Notes: generated from the letters alone by a model not told the origin. 64,000 nt of DNA from an uncultured Chloroflexia bacterium (GCA_963833225.1 CAWHXD010000008.1:96001-160000), one strand, 5' to 3'; counted from the first letter of the stretch, positions 1 through 10,652 are shown. A program made the numbers and translations.

Positions 1-3000
1 TAGCTCGTCGAGCCGTTGCCCAGCTCGCCGTACACGTTGTCTCCCCAGCAGGTCACGCTGGTGTCGGCCAGGATCGCGCAGGCATGTGATGCGCCCACCT
101 GGACGTCCACCGCCGAGTCGATGCCCGGGACCATGATCGGAATCGCGCTGGCTGGGCCAGGGGCGCCCAGGGTGCCGCGGGGATTGAACCCCCAGCACCA
201 CACGGTGCCGTCCGCGCGCACGACGCACGCCGACGCGCCGTTCGACGCGAGGGCCACGGCGTCGTCGATCCCGATCACAGCGACAGGGACCGGAGAGCCG
301 GTGCGGACCGTGCCATCGCCGAGCTGGCCCGCCCAACCCGGTCCCCAGCAGCGGACCCTTCCGTCCGGGACGAGCGCACATGCCCCATGCTCGGCAGGGA
401 TGGCTCCGGTCTGCAGGCCTGCCGGCGCCACCGGTGATAGCGTCCGTGCCGTGGATGACCCCAGCATCCCGGACTCCCCGTCGCCCCAGCAGCGCAGGCC
501 ATCGGCCACCAGCGCGCAGGTGTTCTGACCGCCCGCGTCGACGGCAATGGCCCCATCCACCGGGGGCGTGACCGGGGCCGCCGGCGACACTGTCGTGCTG
601 TCACCAAGCTGGCCCACGGAATTGTCGCCCCAGCAGCGGATGGTCGCGTCCACAAGGCGGGCACAGCCGTGGGCGGTGGCGAGCGTGACGGCGACGGCAT
701 CATCAAGCCCGGCAACCAGGACCGGTGTGGGGCTGTCGGTCATCGTGCCGTCGCCCAGCCTGCCACCGGTGTTCTCGCCCCAGCAGCGCACCGTGCCGTC
801 AGCCAGCACGGCGCAGGTGGCCGTCCCGTCCGCCGCGATGGCCACCGCGTCCGCGATCCCGGCAACGGTCACGAGCGTTGCCGAATCGTCGGTGCTGCCA
901 TCGCCGAGCTGACCCTTCCAGTTGGCGCCCCAGCACCGCACGGTCCCGTCCTCGATCAGGGCGCAGGCGTGCCAGCTCCCCGAGGCGATCGCGGTGACGT
1001 CGGCCAGTCCCGCCACCGGTGTCGCAGGCCCGGCAGGCCCGCCCATCAGGCTTCCCCAGCAGGTGACGGTCCCGTCGTCAGCCAGCGCACAGGAGTGACC
1101 CGCGCCGGAGGACACCGCGACGGCGTCGACCACGCCCGGGACCGGCTGCGGCGCGTTCCAGGCGAATGCCTCGGAGCGGGGCGCCTGTCCCTTGTCGTTC
1201 GCGCCCCAGCACCACGCCGTGCCGTCGGCAAGCGCTGCGCACCCGTGGGTCAGACCCACCGCCACGTCGACAGCTGGGGCACCCATCTCCCCGACCGATC
1301 CAGGGGAGTCTGTCGCGCTCGTGCCGTGGAAGCCCAACATCTGGTCAGCCGTGGTGCCCCAGCACTCGACCACCCCGTCAGCCGCGATGGCACAGACGTT
1401 CGAAGCCCCCACGGAGACGTCGACCGGAAGCACGTCGTCGGGTGTGAACGCCGGTCCAACCATCACCTGTCCCACCGCCACCAGGCTGTCGGTCGCGGTA
1501 TCGCGGATGGTCACGGTCTGCTCCCCTGCAGTATGCAGCGTGACCGGGAACCGCCACGTCCCGGCGTCGTCCTCGGTCAGCTCGTGGTCAGAGGGCAGCT
1601 CGGCGTCAGGGTCTGAGCTCATGACGTGCAGCGTCCCGCGGTACTGCGGCGCGAGGGCACCGTGGGCATCGAGGGCCTCGACGGTCACCGTGCCCGGCGT
1701 CCCGGTTCGCTCAAGCGCGGCGAACCCACCGGCGAAGAGTTGGACGACCGGCTCCGGATCGGTCGATGGCGTTCCCTGCACCAGGATCGGCGCCTCCGCA
1801 GGGAGGATCCACGGCTCGACACCCGAGTAGTCCGCGCGCAGCAGGTGCAGCCCGGGCAGGTTCATCCGTTGCAGGCTCACGGACAGCTGGCGGCCCCCTC
1901 CAGTCTGCGCCTCACCGAGGACGGTGCCAGTGGTTTCGTCGGTGATCGTCAGCGTGCCGCCCGGGGGGAAGGCGAAGCCCGTCGTGTTGACGATGGCGAA
2001 GACGTCGAGCACGCCCGGGGGCTGGTTGAAGCTCGGGTACACCGTCCAGTAGATCGAGGAGGTCGCGTACGAGACCTGCGTGATGACGTTGGACGCCGAC
2101 GGCGCGTAGCCTTCCGTGCCGAGGTACTCGGCGGCCACGGTGAACTCGCCCGCGCGGTTGGTCTCGTACGTCGTGGATCCGGGGAAAGGAACGGGTGGCC
2201 CGATGGGAGACGGGGCCGGCGCTCTTCCGTTGATCAGCCAACGGACGTCGACCCTGCCCGGTGGCTCAGGGGTGATGACCGCCGTGAACGTGACGGGGTT
2301 CCCGATGACGGCCGGATTCCGGTCCGTGGCGATGGTGATGGAGGTCGGACGCGTGATTGGCGCGGCGAGCTCCATCGATCGGTACCCTGCCGGTGAGTCG
2401 AGCGGGACGACCAGGCGTGCCGTTCGTTCGACCTGGGGGCCGTCAGTGGGCGCGAACCGCAGGGTCAGGCTGCACGTCGCCCCTGGCGATAGCGCCGCAC
2501 CGGCACAGGCATCACTTAGGATGCTGATCTCCCGGGCGGCATCGCCCTCCACCCGCGTTGCCCCCGGATGCACGACCCCGGGACCCACGCCCGTGACCGT
2601 GACCGAAATCTCAGCTGCCTCGCCGGCGAGCGTGCGCGGGAACGCGGCCTGCCCGGGAGCCGAGGCGAGCGAGGCGACCGGGTAGTCGCTGTGGTACCGC
2701 AGCTGGTACCAGACCGGTGGCTCGACGCCGCACCAGAAGTCGACAGCCAGGCTCGCGAGCGCCTCGCCGTCCCAGGCGATCTCGTGGATCGTGAACCCTC
2801 GCGACGGCGCCTCGCGGCACTCGGAGTCCACGCCCAGGCGGGCCGCGTCCGCGGGGCCAAACTCGTTGCCCACGCCCGTGTAGGTGCCGGCGTGGAGCGC
2901 CTCGCCGGCCGGTGCGATCAGCGTCACCGAGCGGTATCCATCCTGGGTGCTGCCTACGGTGAACCCGACCCAGGCCCCGCCCTCGTTGGGCGCTGATTCG

Positions 3001-3188
3001 AAGGACGGGGCGCTGAAGACGGTCGCCTCCGGCTGCGCGTTGTTCCAGGCGAGGGCCGGGCGCTCGATGGTGAACACGACGTCGGGGGGCTCCGCCGCGT
3101 GCGCGTGGGGCGCGAGCGCCGGTGTCGTCGACGTCGCCGCGCCCAGCACAGCGACCAGCATCGCAGCCAGCCTTCGCGTCGTGCCCAT
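1..3188 (-). CDS. Large secreted RCC1-repeat protein with Ig-like domains (runs off the left edge)
   Basis: Manually translated; absent from the ORF track because no stop is visible in the window. ATG at 3188 after GAGGGGG. Signal-like N-terminus MGTTRRLAAMLVAVLGAA, Ig-like segments, then many RCC1 repeats (HACALIEDGTVRCWGANWKGQLGDG). Confidence 0.88.
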   Translation of the reverse strand, partial: MGTTRRLAAMLVAVLGAATSTTPALAPHAHAAEPPDVVFTIERPALAWNNAQPEATVFSAPSFESAPNEGGAWVGFTVGSTQDGYRSVTLIAPAGEALHAGTYTGVGNEFGPADAARLGVDSECREAPSRGFTIHEIAWDGEALASLAVDFWCGVEPPVWYQLRYHSDYPVASLASAPGQAAFPRTLAGEAAEISVTVTGVGPGVVHPGATRVEGDAAREISILSDACAGAALSPGATCSLTLRFAPTDGPQVERTARLVVPLDSPAGYRSMELAAPITRPTSITIATDRNPAVIGNPVTFTAVITPEPPGRVDVRWLINGRAPAPSPIGPPVPFPGSTTYETNRAGEFTVAAEYLGTEGYAPSASNVITQVSYATSSIYWTVYPSFNQPPGVLDVFAIVNTTGFAFPPGGTLTITDETTGTVLGEAQTGGGRQLSVSLQRMNLPGLHLLRADYSGVEPWILPAEAPILVQGTPSTDPEPVVQLFAGGFAALERTGTPGTVTVEALDAHGALAPQYRGTLHVMSSDPDAELPSDHELTEDDAGTWRFPVTLHTAGEQTVTIRDTATDSLVAVGQVMVGPAFTPDDVLPVDVSVGASNVCAIAADGVVECWGTTADQMLGFHGTSATDSPGSVGEMGAPAVDVAVGLTHGCAALADGTAWCWGANDKGQAPRSEAFAWNAPQPVPGVVDAVAVSSGAGHSCALADDGTVTCWGSLMGGPAGPATPVAGLADVTAIASGSWHACALIEDGTVRCWGANWKGQLGDGSTDDSATLVTVAGIADAVAIAADGTATCAVLADGTVRCWGENTGGRLGDGTMTDSPTPVLVAGLDDAVAVTLATAHGCARLVDATIRCWGDNSVGQLGDSTTVSPAAPVTPPVDGAIAVDAGGQNTCALVADGLRCWGDGESGMLGSSTARTLSPVAPAGLQTGAIPAEHGACALVPDGRVRCWGPGWAGQLGDGTVRTGSPVPVAVIGIDDAVALASNGASACVVRADGTVWCWGFNPRGTLGAPGPASAIPIMVPGIDSAVDVQVGASHACAILADTSVTCWGDNVYGELGNGSTS

Positions 3189-3439
3189 CGCCACGTTTCC
3201 CCCTCAGTTCAAAACGCGGCTGATCCGCGGCAGCGAGCGTTGGCGATCAGCGCCCGGTGTCGCTAGAGCCGAATGGCCCGCGACGCGGCGCCGGCCGGGC
3301 ACCCGTTCGCTCGCAGTGCCCTGGACCTCACCGGGGGTGGTGCTCCCAGGCAACAATTCGTGGATCGCGGCGATGAAACGACGTCCCTCCACGCGCGGCT
3401 CGCGGCCCGGTATCGGGAACGTATGGTATGGTATATGGC

Positions 3440-3661
3440 ATGGAGAAGACCACCGTCTACCTGACCGACGCCCAGAAGCGCGCGCTGGGGACGGCGGCGA
3501 AGGCCTCCGGTCGAAGCGAAGCCGAGCTCATCCGGGAGGGCGTTGAGCTCGTTGCCGCACAGCACCGGGCCGCAGAGCCGGTCCTTCCCCTGTTCGAGAG
3601 CGGCCACCCCGATCTCGCAACGCACGTGGACGACGAGCTCGCGGGCTTTGGTGAGCGGTGA
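3440..3661 (+). CDS. vapB: Ribbon-helix-helix (CopG-like) VapB antitoxin
   Basis: MEKTTVYLTDAQKRAL...GRSEAELIREGV RHH pattern; overlaps the downstream PIN gene (GTGA). Confidence 0.85.
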   Translation: MEKTTVYLTDAQKRALGTAAKASGRSEAELIREGVELVAAQHRAAEPVLPLFESGHPDLATHVDDELAGFGER

Positions 3662-4077
3662 TCATCCTCGACACGAGCGGTTTCCTGGCGGCAATCGACG
3701 GCAGCCAGCGGGCGCATCGCGAGGCGGCCGAGGCTCTGCGGGGGTCCGGCGGCCCGTTCCTCCTCTCCCCGTTCGTCTTGGCGGAGCTGGACTACCTGCT
3801 GTCGGTGCGGGTGTCGGCTTCCGCGGCGGCCGCCCTCCTCGGGCAGGTGGCGGCGGGGGCGTACCGCCTCGAGCCGATGGATGCGGACGACATCGCCCAC
3901 GCGGCCGAGGTCATCGAGCGCTACCGGGATCTGCAGCTCGGGCTGGCCGATGCGTCGCTCGTGGTGCTGGCTGAGCGCTACCAGACATCGGACATCCTGA
4001 CCCTCGACGAGCGCCACTTCCGGGCCGTGGCCGGCCCGCGAGGCCGGCCGTTCCGGATCCTGCCGGCCGACGCCTGA
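3658..4077 (+). CDS. vapC: PIN-domain VapC toxin
   Basis: IILDTS, LAELDYLL, LGLADASL and ILTLDERHF PIN motifs. Confidence 0.92.
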   Translation: MIILDTSGFLAAIDGSQRAHREAAEALRGSGGPFLLSPFVLAELDYLLSVRVSASAAAALLGQVAAGAYRLEPMDADDIAHAAEVIERYRDLQLGLADASLVVLAERYQTSDILTLDERHFRAVAGPRGRPFRILPADA

Positions 4078-4206
4078 GCGTCAGTGCGAGGAACCAGAGA
4101 CCCGTCGGTCACCACCTTCATTCGAAGCATCGCGCCCGGAGGTCGCTGTCAAGTGGGCGGCCGTCGCCCGTGCGGCAGGAGGGGTTGTGGGGATGGCCTC
4201 CATGGT

Positions 4207-4260
4207 CCGGCAATACCTTGACATGTTACCGCCAGCGGTAATACTTGAGGCTATTACCGG
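4207..4260 (+). promoter_or_regulatory. Promoter with palindromic operator upstream of the Fic gene
   Basis: TTGACA at 4218-4223, AT-rich -10-like TAATACT at 4239-4245, inverted repeat TTACCGC-CA-GCGGTAA at 4226-4241. Confidence 0.6.
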
Positions 4261-4262
4261 AG

Positions 4263-5363
4263 ATGCCCATGCGATACCGGTTGCGCGGACGAGCACTCAC
4301 CAAGCCCCTTGCCGACCTCGACCAGCGGCGCTGGCTGTTCGACAACCTGCCGATCGATCCCACCCACGCGGAGTGGATGCGTCGCCGTGCCTGGGTGCGG
4401 ACAATCCACGGCACAGCGCGAATCGAGGGCAACACCGCCAACGACATCGAGGTCGAGGCCCTGCTCGCCGGCGAGGGCTCGACGAAGGTGAGCGAGCGCG
4501 AGGCTCGCGAGATCATCGGCACGCGGGATGCGCTGACGCTCGCAGACGAACTGGCCGCGAGGCGCGTCACTCCGGACGAGGCCGTCATCAGGGAACTGCA
4601 CCGACGGGTGCTCTGGAACCAGAGCCCGCTGCTTACGCCCGGGGAGTATCGCCGCGGCGAGAACCGCGTCGTTGACGCTGCCGGGGGCCCGATCTTCAGT
4701 ACGCCCCCCTCTGGGGACGTCCCCGAACTCATGCGTGGGTTTGCCGCCTGGCTTGCGACCGCGGCGAAGCGTCACACTCCTCCTGTCGTCGCGGGCCTGG
4801 CGCACCTCGAGTTCGTCGCGATCCACCCGTTCAACGACGGCAATGGGCGAACGGCCCGTGCGATCGCCCGCATGATCCTCGTGCGCCACGGGTATGCCCT
4901 CGGCGGGCTCGTCTCGCTCGACGCCCAGCTCGATCTGGACCGATCCGCCTACTTCGCGGCCATCCGCGACGCGGTCGGGCAGGACTACGTGCCGGGGTAT
5001 GACGCCACGCTCTTCGCCCGCTACTTCGTGACGTCGATCACCCGCTCCGCCGATCACGTCCTGGCCAGGCTCCGGGGCCTCGGCGACGTCATGGTCGAGA
5101 TTCGCCGGTCCATTGCCGACGGGTCGCTTCCGCCCGCGATGATCGACGGGCTCGCATACGCGTGGGTCAATCGCCACCTGCGCGCCGGGGACTACATCCG
5201 CCTCACGGGCCGGTCGGCGCAGAACACGACGCGCGACCTCGGGGTCGCGGTGAAGCACGGCTGGCTGCGCGCGACTGGTGAGAAGCGGGGTCGCTACTAC
5301 GTGTTGGGGCCGGCGCTGCTCAAGACGCCTGCGCAGGGCGAGATCGTGTCACCCTCCGCGTAG
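4263..5363 (+). CDS. Fic family protein (class II) with probable C-terminal HTH
   Basis: Canonical HPFNDGNGRTAR motif; N-terminal inhibitory motif TARIEGN; C-terminal wHTH-like segment (TTRDLGVAVKHGWL...GEKRGRYY). Confidence 0.92.
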   Translation: MPMRYRLRGRALTKPLADLDQRRWLFDNLPIDPTHAEWMRRRAWVRTIHGTARIEGNTANDIEVEALLAGEGSTKVSEREAREIIGTRDALTLADELAARRVTPDEAVIRELHRRVLWNQSPLLTPGEYRRGENRVVDAAGGPIFSTPPSGDVPELMRGFAAWLATAAKRHTPPVVAGLAHLEFVAIHPFNDGNGRTARAIARMILVRHGYALGGLVSLDAQLDLDRSAYFAAIRDAVGQDYVPGYDATLFARYFVTSITRSADHVLARLRGLGDVMVEIRRSIADGSLPPAMIDGLAYAWVNRHLRAGDYIRLTGRSAQNTTRDLGVAVKHGWLRATGEKRGRYYVLGPALLKTPAQGEIVSPSA

Positions 5364-5419
5364 ACGGTTGGCCCACAACACCGACCTTCCTTGACGCACA
5401 AGGGCCGTCGCAGGCCCTG

Positions 5420-6663
5420 TCAGCCCCTGATGCCGCGCAGGCGCTTCCGCAGGGTGACCTGCGGCACGGCCGACACGTCGATCCGCTGCGCGTCGAGCAG
5501 GCGCACGAACCGCTGCATCCCACGGGTGAGCGCTTCGGTGAATGCCGTCTCGCTCGCCAGGGCCGGATCCTCGAGCCACAGGCCCGGGATCCGGAGCGTG
5601 CGGGTCGCCCGGTCCAGCTTGGCGTCGAACCGCCCGACCAACCGATCGCCCCACAGGATCGGCAGCACGTAGTAGCCGAATCGGCGCTTCGCGGCTGGCG
5701 TGTAGACCTCCCACGAGTACTCGAACCCGAACAGGGGCTTGGCGCGGCCGCGCGCCGAAACCGGGTCGAGCGGCGACAGGAAGACGGCTTCCTCATCGGT
5801 GGTGCTGTCGATGGGATTCCAGGCACTCGGCACGCGCCCGGACTCCAGCTCGGCGAGGAGCGGGACATCGGACGCGACCGCCAGCTGGGTCGCCCTCCAG
5901 CCCTCGACCTTGACCTCGATCACGGCGTTGGACGCGATCCAGCGCGCCTGCCGGGCCGCCAGCTCGCCCTTGGGCACGTCGCGCCTCAGGAACCAGTTGA
6001 CCCCGGTGAGCCGGGTGAGCCCGCCCGCCGCGACCTCCTTGCGCAGCAGCAGGTCGTCTGCCTCGTCCTCGGGGACTTCGCGCAGCGCCTCCGGTTGGCG
6101 CGACCGCCTCCGTCGCCGCGTACACCCGCTCGAACCGATCGCGCCGGCTCACCATTGCCTCGCCGGTACGCCACAGGTAGTGGAGGGCAAGGGCGCTGTC
6201 CTTGCGGCCCCGGTAGCTGTCGACGCGCGTCCGGTCCCGCATCTCGAAGTCCCGGTTGGACACCTCTCGCCCCGACCGGAGGATGGTGCGCATCTCCTCC
6301 ACGGCGTCCGGGTGCTCGTGCTCGATCCGGGCCATCATTCCCTTCTCCGGCCTCGCGCCGCATCAGCACGCGCCAGAACGGCAGCTCGTCCATCGGCCGG
6401 ACGGCCAGCCAGCCGCCCCACTCGAAGAACCTCCGCTGCTCGTACGTGAGTCGAGCCCAATCGTCGATCGCGTAGTCCACGACACGACTGGCCAGCATGA
6501 GGTCGTGGGCGCGGGCGACGACGACGAGTGGATCGAGCTGGAGGTGCTCCATCGTGCGCATCGCCGTGGCGGCGCCTTCAAGACCCTGCCAGCGGCGCCC
6601 AGGCCACATGCCCTGGCGTCCCATGACGTAGCGGCGCGCGGTGACCGCCGAGATCTCAAGCAT
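5420..6663 (-). pseudogene. YcaQ/AlkZ-family DNA crosslink-repair glycosylase, split by two frameshifts (possibly sequencing indels)
   Basis: LQLDPLVVVARAHDLML, FLSPLDPV and YSWEVYTPAAKRRFGYYVLPILWGDRLVGRFD lie in three frames; shifts near 6345 and 6095. Confidence 0.8.
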
Positions 6664-6788
6664 GTCTCACGGGCCTGACTGTAGCTTGGACTCGGGTCAG
6701 TTCGGATCGCGGAGGCCTTCCGGGCTGCGCCTCCACGGCGCGCTCCAGGGTCGTGCCGAGGGTTCGCCCGATCGCCGACAATGCGACG

Positions 6789-7757
6789 ATGAGGGCCGTC
6801 GTCCAGGACCGATACGGGCCGCCCGAGGTGCTGCGCATCGAGGACGTCGAGCAACCCGTGCCGAAGGATGACGAGGTCCTGGTCCGGGTCCACGCGTCGA
6901 CGGTCAGCCAGACGGACACCCATGGCCGCGGCGCGCATCCCGTCCTGTGGCGCCTCGTCGCGGGGCTCCGTCGGCCCAGGTGGCGGACCCTGGGCGTCGA
7001 GTTTTCCGGCGAGGTCGTGGCGGTCGGTTCGGCCGTCCAACGGTTCCACGTCGGCGACGAGGTCTTCGGGTGTCGCTGGTTCGGTGCGCATGCCGAGTTC
7101 ATCTGCATGCCGGCGACCGGACCGATGGCCCTCAAGCCGACCAACATGAGCTTCGAGGAGGCCGCTGCCATCAACGACGGCGGATCCCAGGCACTCTCGA
7201 CGTTGCGCCGGGCCGATGCCCGCGAAGGGCGGCGGATCCTCATCTTCGGTGCCTCGGGTTCGCTCGGCACGGCGGCGGTGCAGATCGCCAAGCACCTCGG
7301 CGCGCACGTGACGGCCGTCTGCGGCACGGATCACGTGCAGCTCGTGCGGTCACTCGGCGCCGACGTGGTCATCGACTACCGGAACGAGGACTTCACGAAG
7401 AACGGCCAGACCTACGACGCGATCATCGACGCGGTCGGCAAGTACGCCTTCCGATGGGGGCGTCGCTCGCTCCGGCCGGACGGAGTCTACGTCGCAACCG
7501 ACGTGGGGCCGCGCCCCCTGGAGACGCTCTTCCTCGCGGTTGCGACGCGTTGGGTCGGCAGCCGGCGGCTCAAGTTCGCATCCGGACGGCGGAGCCTCGA
7601 GGACGTCCTCCACCTCAAGCAGCTCGTCGAGGCGGGAGCCTACCGGCCGGTCATCGATCGCGTCTATCCGATGGACCAGGTGGCGGACGCCCATCGGTAC
7701 GTCGAGGGGTGGCACAAGGCCGGCAATGTCGTGCTGACGATGGACCGCGGGGCCTGA
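6789..7757 (+). CDS. NAD(P)-dependent MDR-family (quinone-oxidoreductase-like) dehydrogenase
   Basis: MRAVVQDRYGPPEVL, GASGSLGTAAVQIAK, HKAGNVV. Confidence 0.9.
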   Translation: MRAVVQDRYGPPEVLRIEDVEQPVPKDDEVLVRVHASTVSQTDTHGRGAHPVLWRLVAGLRRPRWRTLGVEFSGEVVAVGSAVQRFHVGDEVFGCRWFGAHAEFICMPATGPMALKPTNMSFEEAAAINDGGSQALSTLRRADAREGRRILIFGASGSLGTAAVQIAKHLGAHVTAVCGTDHVQLVRSLGADVVIDYRNEDFTKNGQTYDAIIDAVGKYAFRWGRRSLRPDGVYVATDVGPRPLETLFLAVATRWVGSRRLKFASGRRSLEDVLHLKQLVEAGAYRPVIDRVYPMDQVADAHRYVEGWHKAGNVVLTMDRGA

Positions 7758-7809
7758 TCGCCTATCCGTCTGCTGCGTCGATCCGCTCCCCTCCTCCCCG
7801 TCGTCGGAG

Positions 7810-7845
7810 TTGACACGGCCTACATACAACCGTATGGTTGTACCA
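7810..7845 (+). promoter_or_regulatory. Sigma70-type promoter and ArsR operator; leaderless transcript likely
   Basis: TTGACA (7810-7815), 17 bp, TATGGT (7833-7838). Palindrome TACAACC-GTAT-GGTTGTA at 7825-7842. ATG 7 bp after the -10. Confidence 0.72.
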
Positions 7846-8181
7846 ATGGCCACCACGTTCGACCCCGACCGCGCGTTCGCCGCCCTCTCCGATGCCACCA
7901 GGCGTGACATCGTCCTGCGGGCGCTGAGCGGCTCCGAGGGCGTTGCCGAGCTCGCGGGCCATTACCCCATGAGCTTCGCGGCGGTGCAGAAGCACGTCGC
8001 GATCCTCGAGCGCGCGGGCCTCGTGACCAAGCACCGCCTTGGTCGCCGGATGCTCGTGCAGACCGATATCGAGACGCTGCGCCTGGCGCGTGGCCTGCTC
8101 GACGAGTACGAGGCGCTGTGGCGCGGTCGCATCGACCGGATGACCGACCTCATCGCCGCCAGCAAGGAGACGAGAGGATGA
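7846..8181 (+). CDS. ArsR/SmtB family transcriptional regulator
   Basis: FAALSDATRRDIV, MSFAAVQKHVAILERAGLV. Confidence 0.92.
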   Translation: MATTFDPDRAFAALSDATRRDIVLRALSGSEGVAELAGHYPMSFAAVQKHVAILERAGLVTKHRLGRRMLVQTDIETLRLARGLLDEYEALWRGRIDRMTDLIAASKETRG

Positions 8182-8678
8182 CGGTCACCTCGGTCCGCAA
8201 GGACCCCGACGCCCTGACGATGACCCTCACCGCCGAGTTTGACGCCCCGCCCGAGCGGGTGTGGCAGCTGTGGGCGGACCCGCGACAGCTGGAGCGATGG
8301 TGGGGTCCGCCCACCTGGCCCGCGACGTTCACGCGCCACGCCCTCGCGCCCGGCAGCCGGGTCGAGTACCACATGACGGGACCGACCGGCGACCAGCCCC
8401 ACGGCTACTGGGACGTGCTCGAGGCGGATCCGCCCCGGCGCCTCGTCTTCCGGGATGGGTTTGCCCACGACGATGGCACGCCAGACGACGACTTCCCGCG
8501 CAACGAGGGGCGGGTGACGATCGATCCCATCGGCGCCGGCCGCACCCGGATGTCCATCGAGAGCCGCTTCCCGAGCGTCGAGGCCATGCAGCAGGTCCTG
8601 GCCATGGGCATGGAAGAGGGCCTCACGCTCGCTGTCGGCCAGATCGACGACATCCTCGCGGAAGGCGTCGCGGCATGA
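8178..8678 (+). CDS. SRPBCC/AHSA1 domain protein
   Basis: FDAPPERVWQLWADPRQLERWWGP; coupled to ArsR via ATGA. Confidence 0.9.
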   Translation: MTVTSVRKDPDALTMTLTAEFDAPPERVWQLWADPRQLERWWGPPTWPATFTRHALAPGSRVEYHMTGPTGDQPHGYWDVLEADPPRRLVFRDGFAHDDGTPDDDFPRNEGRVTIDPIGAGRTRMSIESRFPSVEAMQQVLAMGMEEGLTLAVGQIDDILAEGVAA

Positions 8679-9550
8679 CCGCAGCCAGCACGCCGACGAC
8701 GCACACGCTCGCGGTCCCGGGCGCCACGCTCGCCTACGACGTCCGCCCGGGCGACGCGCAGACCCCGACGCTGCTGCTCATCGGCTCGCCGATGGGCGCG
8801 GGCGGGTTTGTGACCCTGGCGAGCCACTTTCCCGATCGAACGGTGGTGACCTACGATCCGCGCGGCGTCGACCGCAGCGCGAAGGACGATCCGGCCAGCC
8901 CGTCCACGCCCGAACAGCACGCGGACGATCTCCACCGGATCATCGACGAGCTCGGCGGTGGGCCGGTCGACCTGTTTGCCAACAGCGGCGGGGCGGTCAA
9001 CGCCCTCGCGCTCGTGGCTGCGCACCCGGAGCAGGTCCGGACGCTGGTCGCCCACGAGCCGCCGCTCGCATCGATCCTGCCCGACCGGGAGGGCGCCCTG
9101 GCTGCCAGTCGGGCCGTCAGCGACGCCTACCAGCAGGGCGGCTTTGGGGCGGGCATGGCTCGCTTCATCGGCGTCGTCAGCCACCAGGGCCCGTTCGACC
9201 CCGCCGAGGCCACCCAGCCGGGCCCGGACCCCGCGATGTTCGGACTGCCAACCGAGGACGATGGCGACCGGACCGACCCGCTGCTGTTCCAGAACCTCGT
9301 CACCTGCACCCACTACGAGCCGGCCTTCGCCGCGCTGCGGGCGGCCTCGACGCGGATCGTGCTGGGCGCGGGGGTCGAGTCCGGGGGCCAGCTGGCGCAT
9401 CGCGGAGCCCGTGCCGCCGCAGAGCAGCTGGGAACCGACCTCGTGATGTTCCCGAGCGACCACGGCGGCTTCCTGGGCGGCGAGTACGGTCAGGCGGGGG
9501 ATCCTGACGCCTTCGCCGCCAGGCTGCGCGAGGTGCTGCATCCCGCCTGA
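8675..9550 (+). CDS. Alpha/beta hydrolase
   Basis: TYDPRG, FANSGGAV nucleophile elbow, LVAHEPP, FPSDHGGF. Confidence 0.88.
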   Translation: MTAASTPTTHTLAVPGATLAYDVRPGDAQTPTLLLIGSPMGAGGFVTLASHFPDRTVVTYDPRGVDRSAKDDPASPSTPEQHADDLHRIIDELGGGPVDLFANSGGAVNALALVAAHPEQVRTLVAHEPPLASILPDREGALAASRAVSDAYQQGGFGAGMARFIGVVSHQGPFDPAEATQPGPDPAMFGLPTEDDGDRTDPLLFQNLVTCTHYEPAFAALRAASTRIVLGAGVESGGQLAHRGARAAAEQLGTDLVMFPSDHGGFLGGEYGQAGDPDAFAARLREVLHPA

Positions 9551-9734
9551 GGGCATCTGCTGCTTGGGTGCCCTGGTGCGGGCTGTCACCGTCATACGGA
9601 CCAGCGTCTGCAGGACCAAAGAGTCCGGCCGGGCCGTTGCGCAAGCCAGTGCCACCCGCCACGCTGGGGGAGTCGAAAGCCGGCCATGCCCGTGACGACC
9701 CAGAGAGCGCGATCCGCGGCACGGTTGTTGAGAG

Positions 9735-10616
9735 GTGACCCCGCTGCGCAAGCCGCTCCGCCGCTACAGTCGAAGCTTGGCGGCCCTTGCCCTTGGACTG
9801 ACGCTTGCGGCCGCGCTGTTCCCGGCGACCGTGGCGGCGGCGTCGCCGTTCAAGCTGGACCTCTACTTCGCGAGCGGGTACGAGCGCCAGGTCGACGGAC
9901 GGGCATGCACCGCGGGCTCGACGGCGATGATGCTCAACATCATCGCCGGGCGAGACCTGAAGCTCGACCAGGTGGCGATCCTTCGCTACGCGCGGGCCCA
10001 CGACGCCCTGAAGAGGTCGCGCGGATCGGATCCGCTCGGCTGGTCCAGGGCCCTGACGTACTTCTCGACAGAGGCTGGTGAGGTTCCGTTCACCTATGGC
10101 TGGGAGACCTACGGCTCCGAGTACCGAGCCCTCAAGCGGGCGGCCAGGCGGATCGCGGTCACTGGCAAGCCGGTCGGGCTGGTTATCTGGTACGGCGGTC
10201 ATGCGGTCGTGATGACCGGGTTCGAGGCCACGTCGGACCCGCGCGATGGCCACTTCAAGCTGACCCACGTCTGGATCAGCGACCCGTACGGGTCCCATCA
10301 CCACCGGTACACCGCCGCCGGGAGCCCGCTCGACCCCTACTACCAGCGGGACGCGACCCGAACCTACAACAGGGCGTGGTACGGCAAGTACGTGATCGTG
10401 GTTCCGCAGAAGGCTGCGCCTCTGCCCACGCCGACTCCGGACCCGAGCCCGACCCCTGTGCCCACGCCGACTTCGGACCCGACCCCGACGCCACCGCCAA
10501 CCCCCACGCCGGCGCCGAGCGCCGAGCCCACGCCCCCGCCAACGGCGGAGCCCAGCCAGACGCCACCGCCGACTCCGGAGCCCAGCCAGAGCCCTGACGT
10601 CAGCCCGGAGGCATAG
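9735..10616 (+). CDS. Secreted peptidase C39-like (papain-fold) protein with Pro/Thr-rich tail
   Basis: Signal peptide; Q..ACTAGSTAMMLN, GGHAVVMTGF and WISDPY give a Cys-His-Asp arrangement; PTPT tail. Confidence 0.65.
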   Translation: MTPLRKPLRRYSRSLAALALGLTLAAALFPATVAAASPFKLDLYFASGYERQVDGRACTAGSTAMMLNIIAGRDLKLDQVAILRYARAHDALKRSRGSDPLGWSRALTYFSTEAGEVPFTYGWETYGSEYRALKRAARRIAVTGKPVGLVIWYGGHAVVMTGFEATSDPRDGHFKLTHVWISDPYGSHHHRYTAAGSPLDPYYQRDATRTYNRAWYGKYVIVVPQKAAPLPTPTPDPSPTPVPTPTSDPTPTPPPTPTPAPSAEPTPPPTAEPSQTPPPTPEPSQSPDVSPEA

Positions 10617-10652
10617 AACCGAAGGTCCCGCCTCGGGCGGCTCGAACGTGCC

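Noticed and set aside
4226-4241. Resemblance to phage lambda operator sequences
   Set aside because: No phage genes nearby; probably coincidental.
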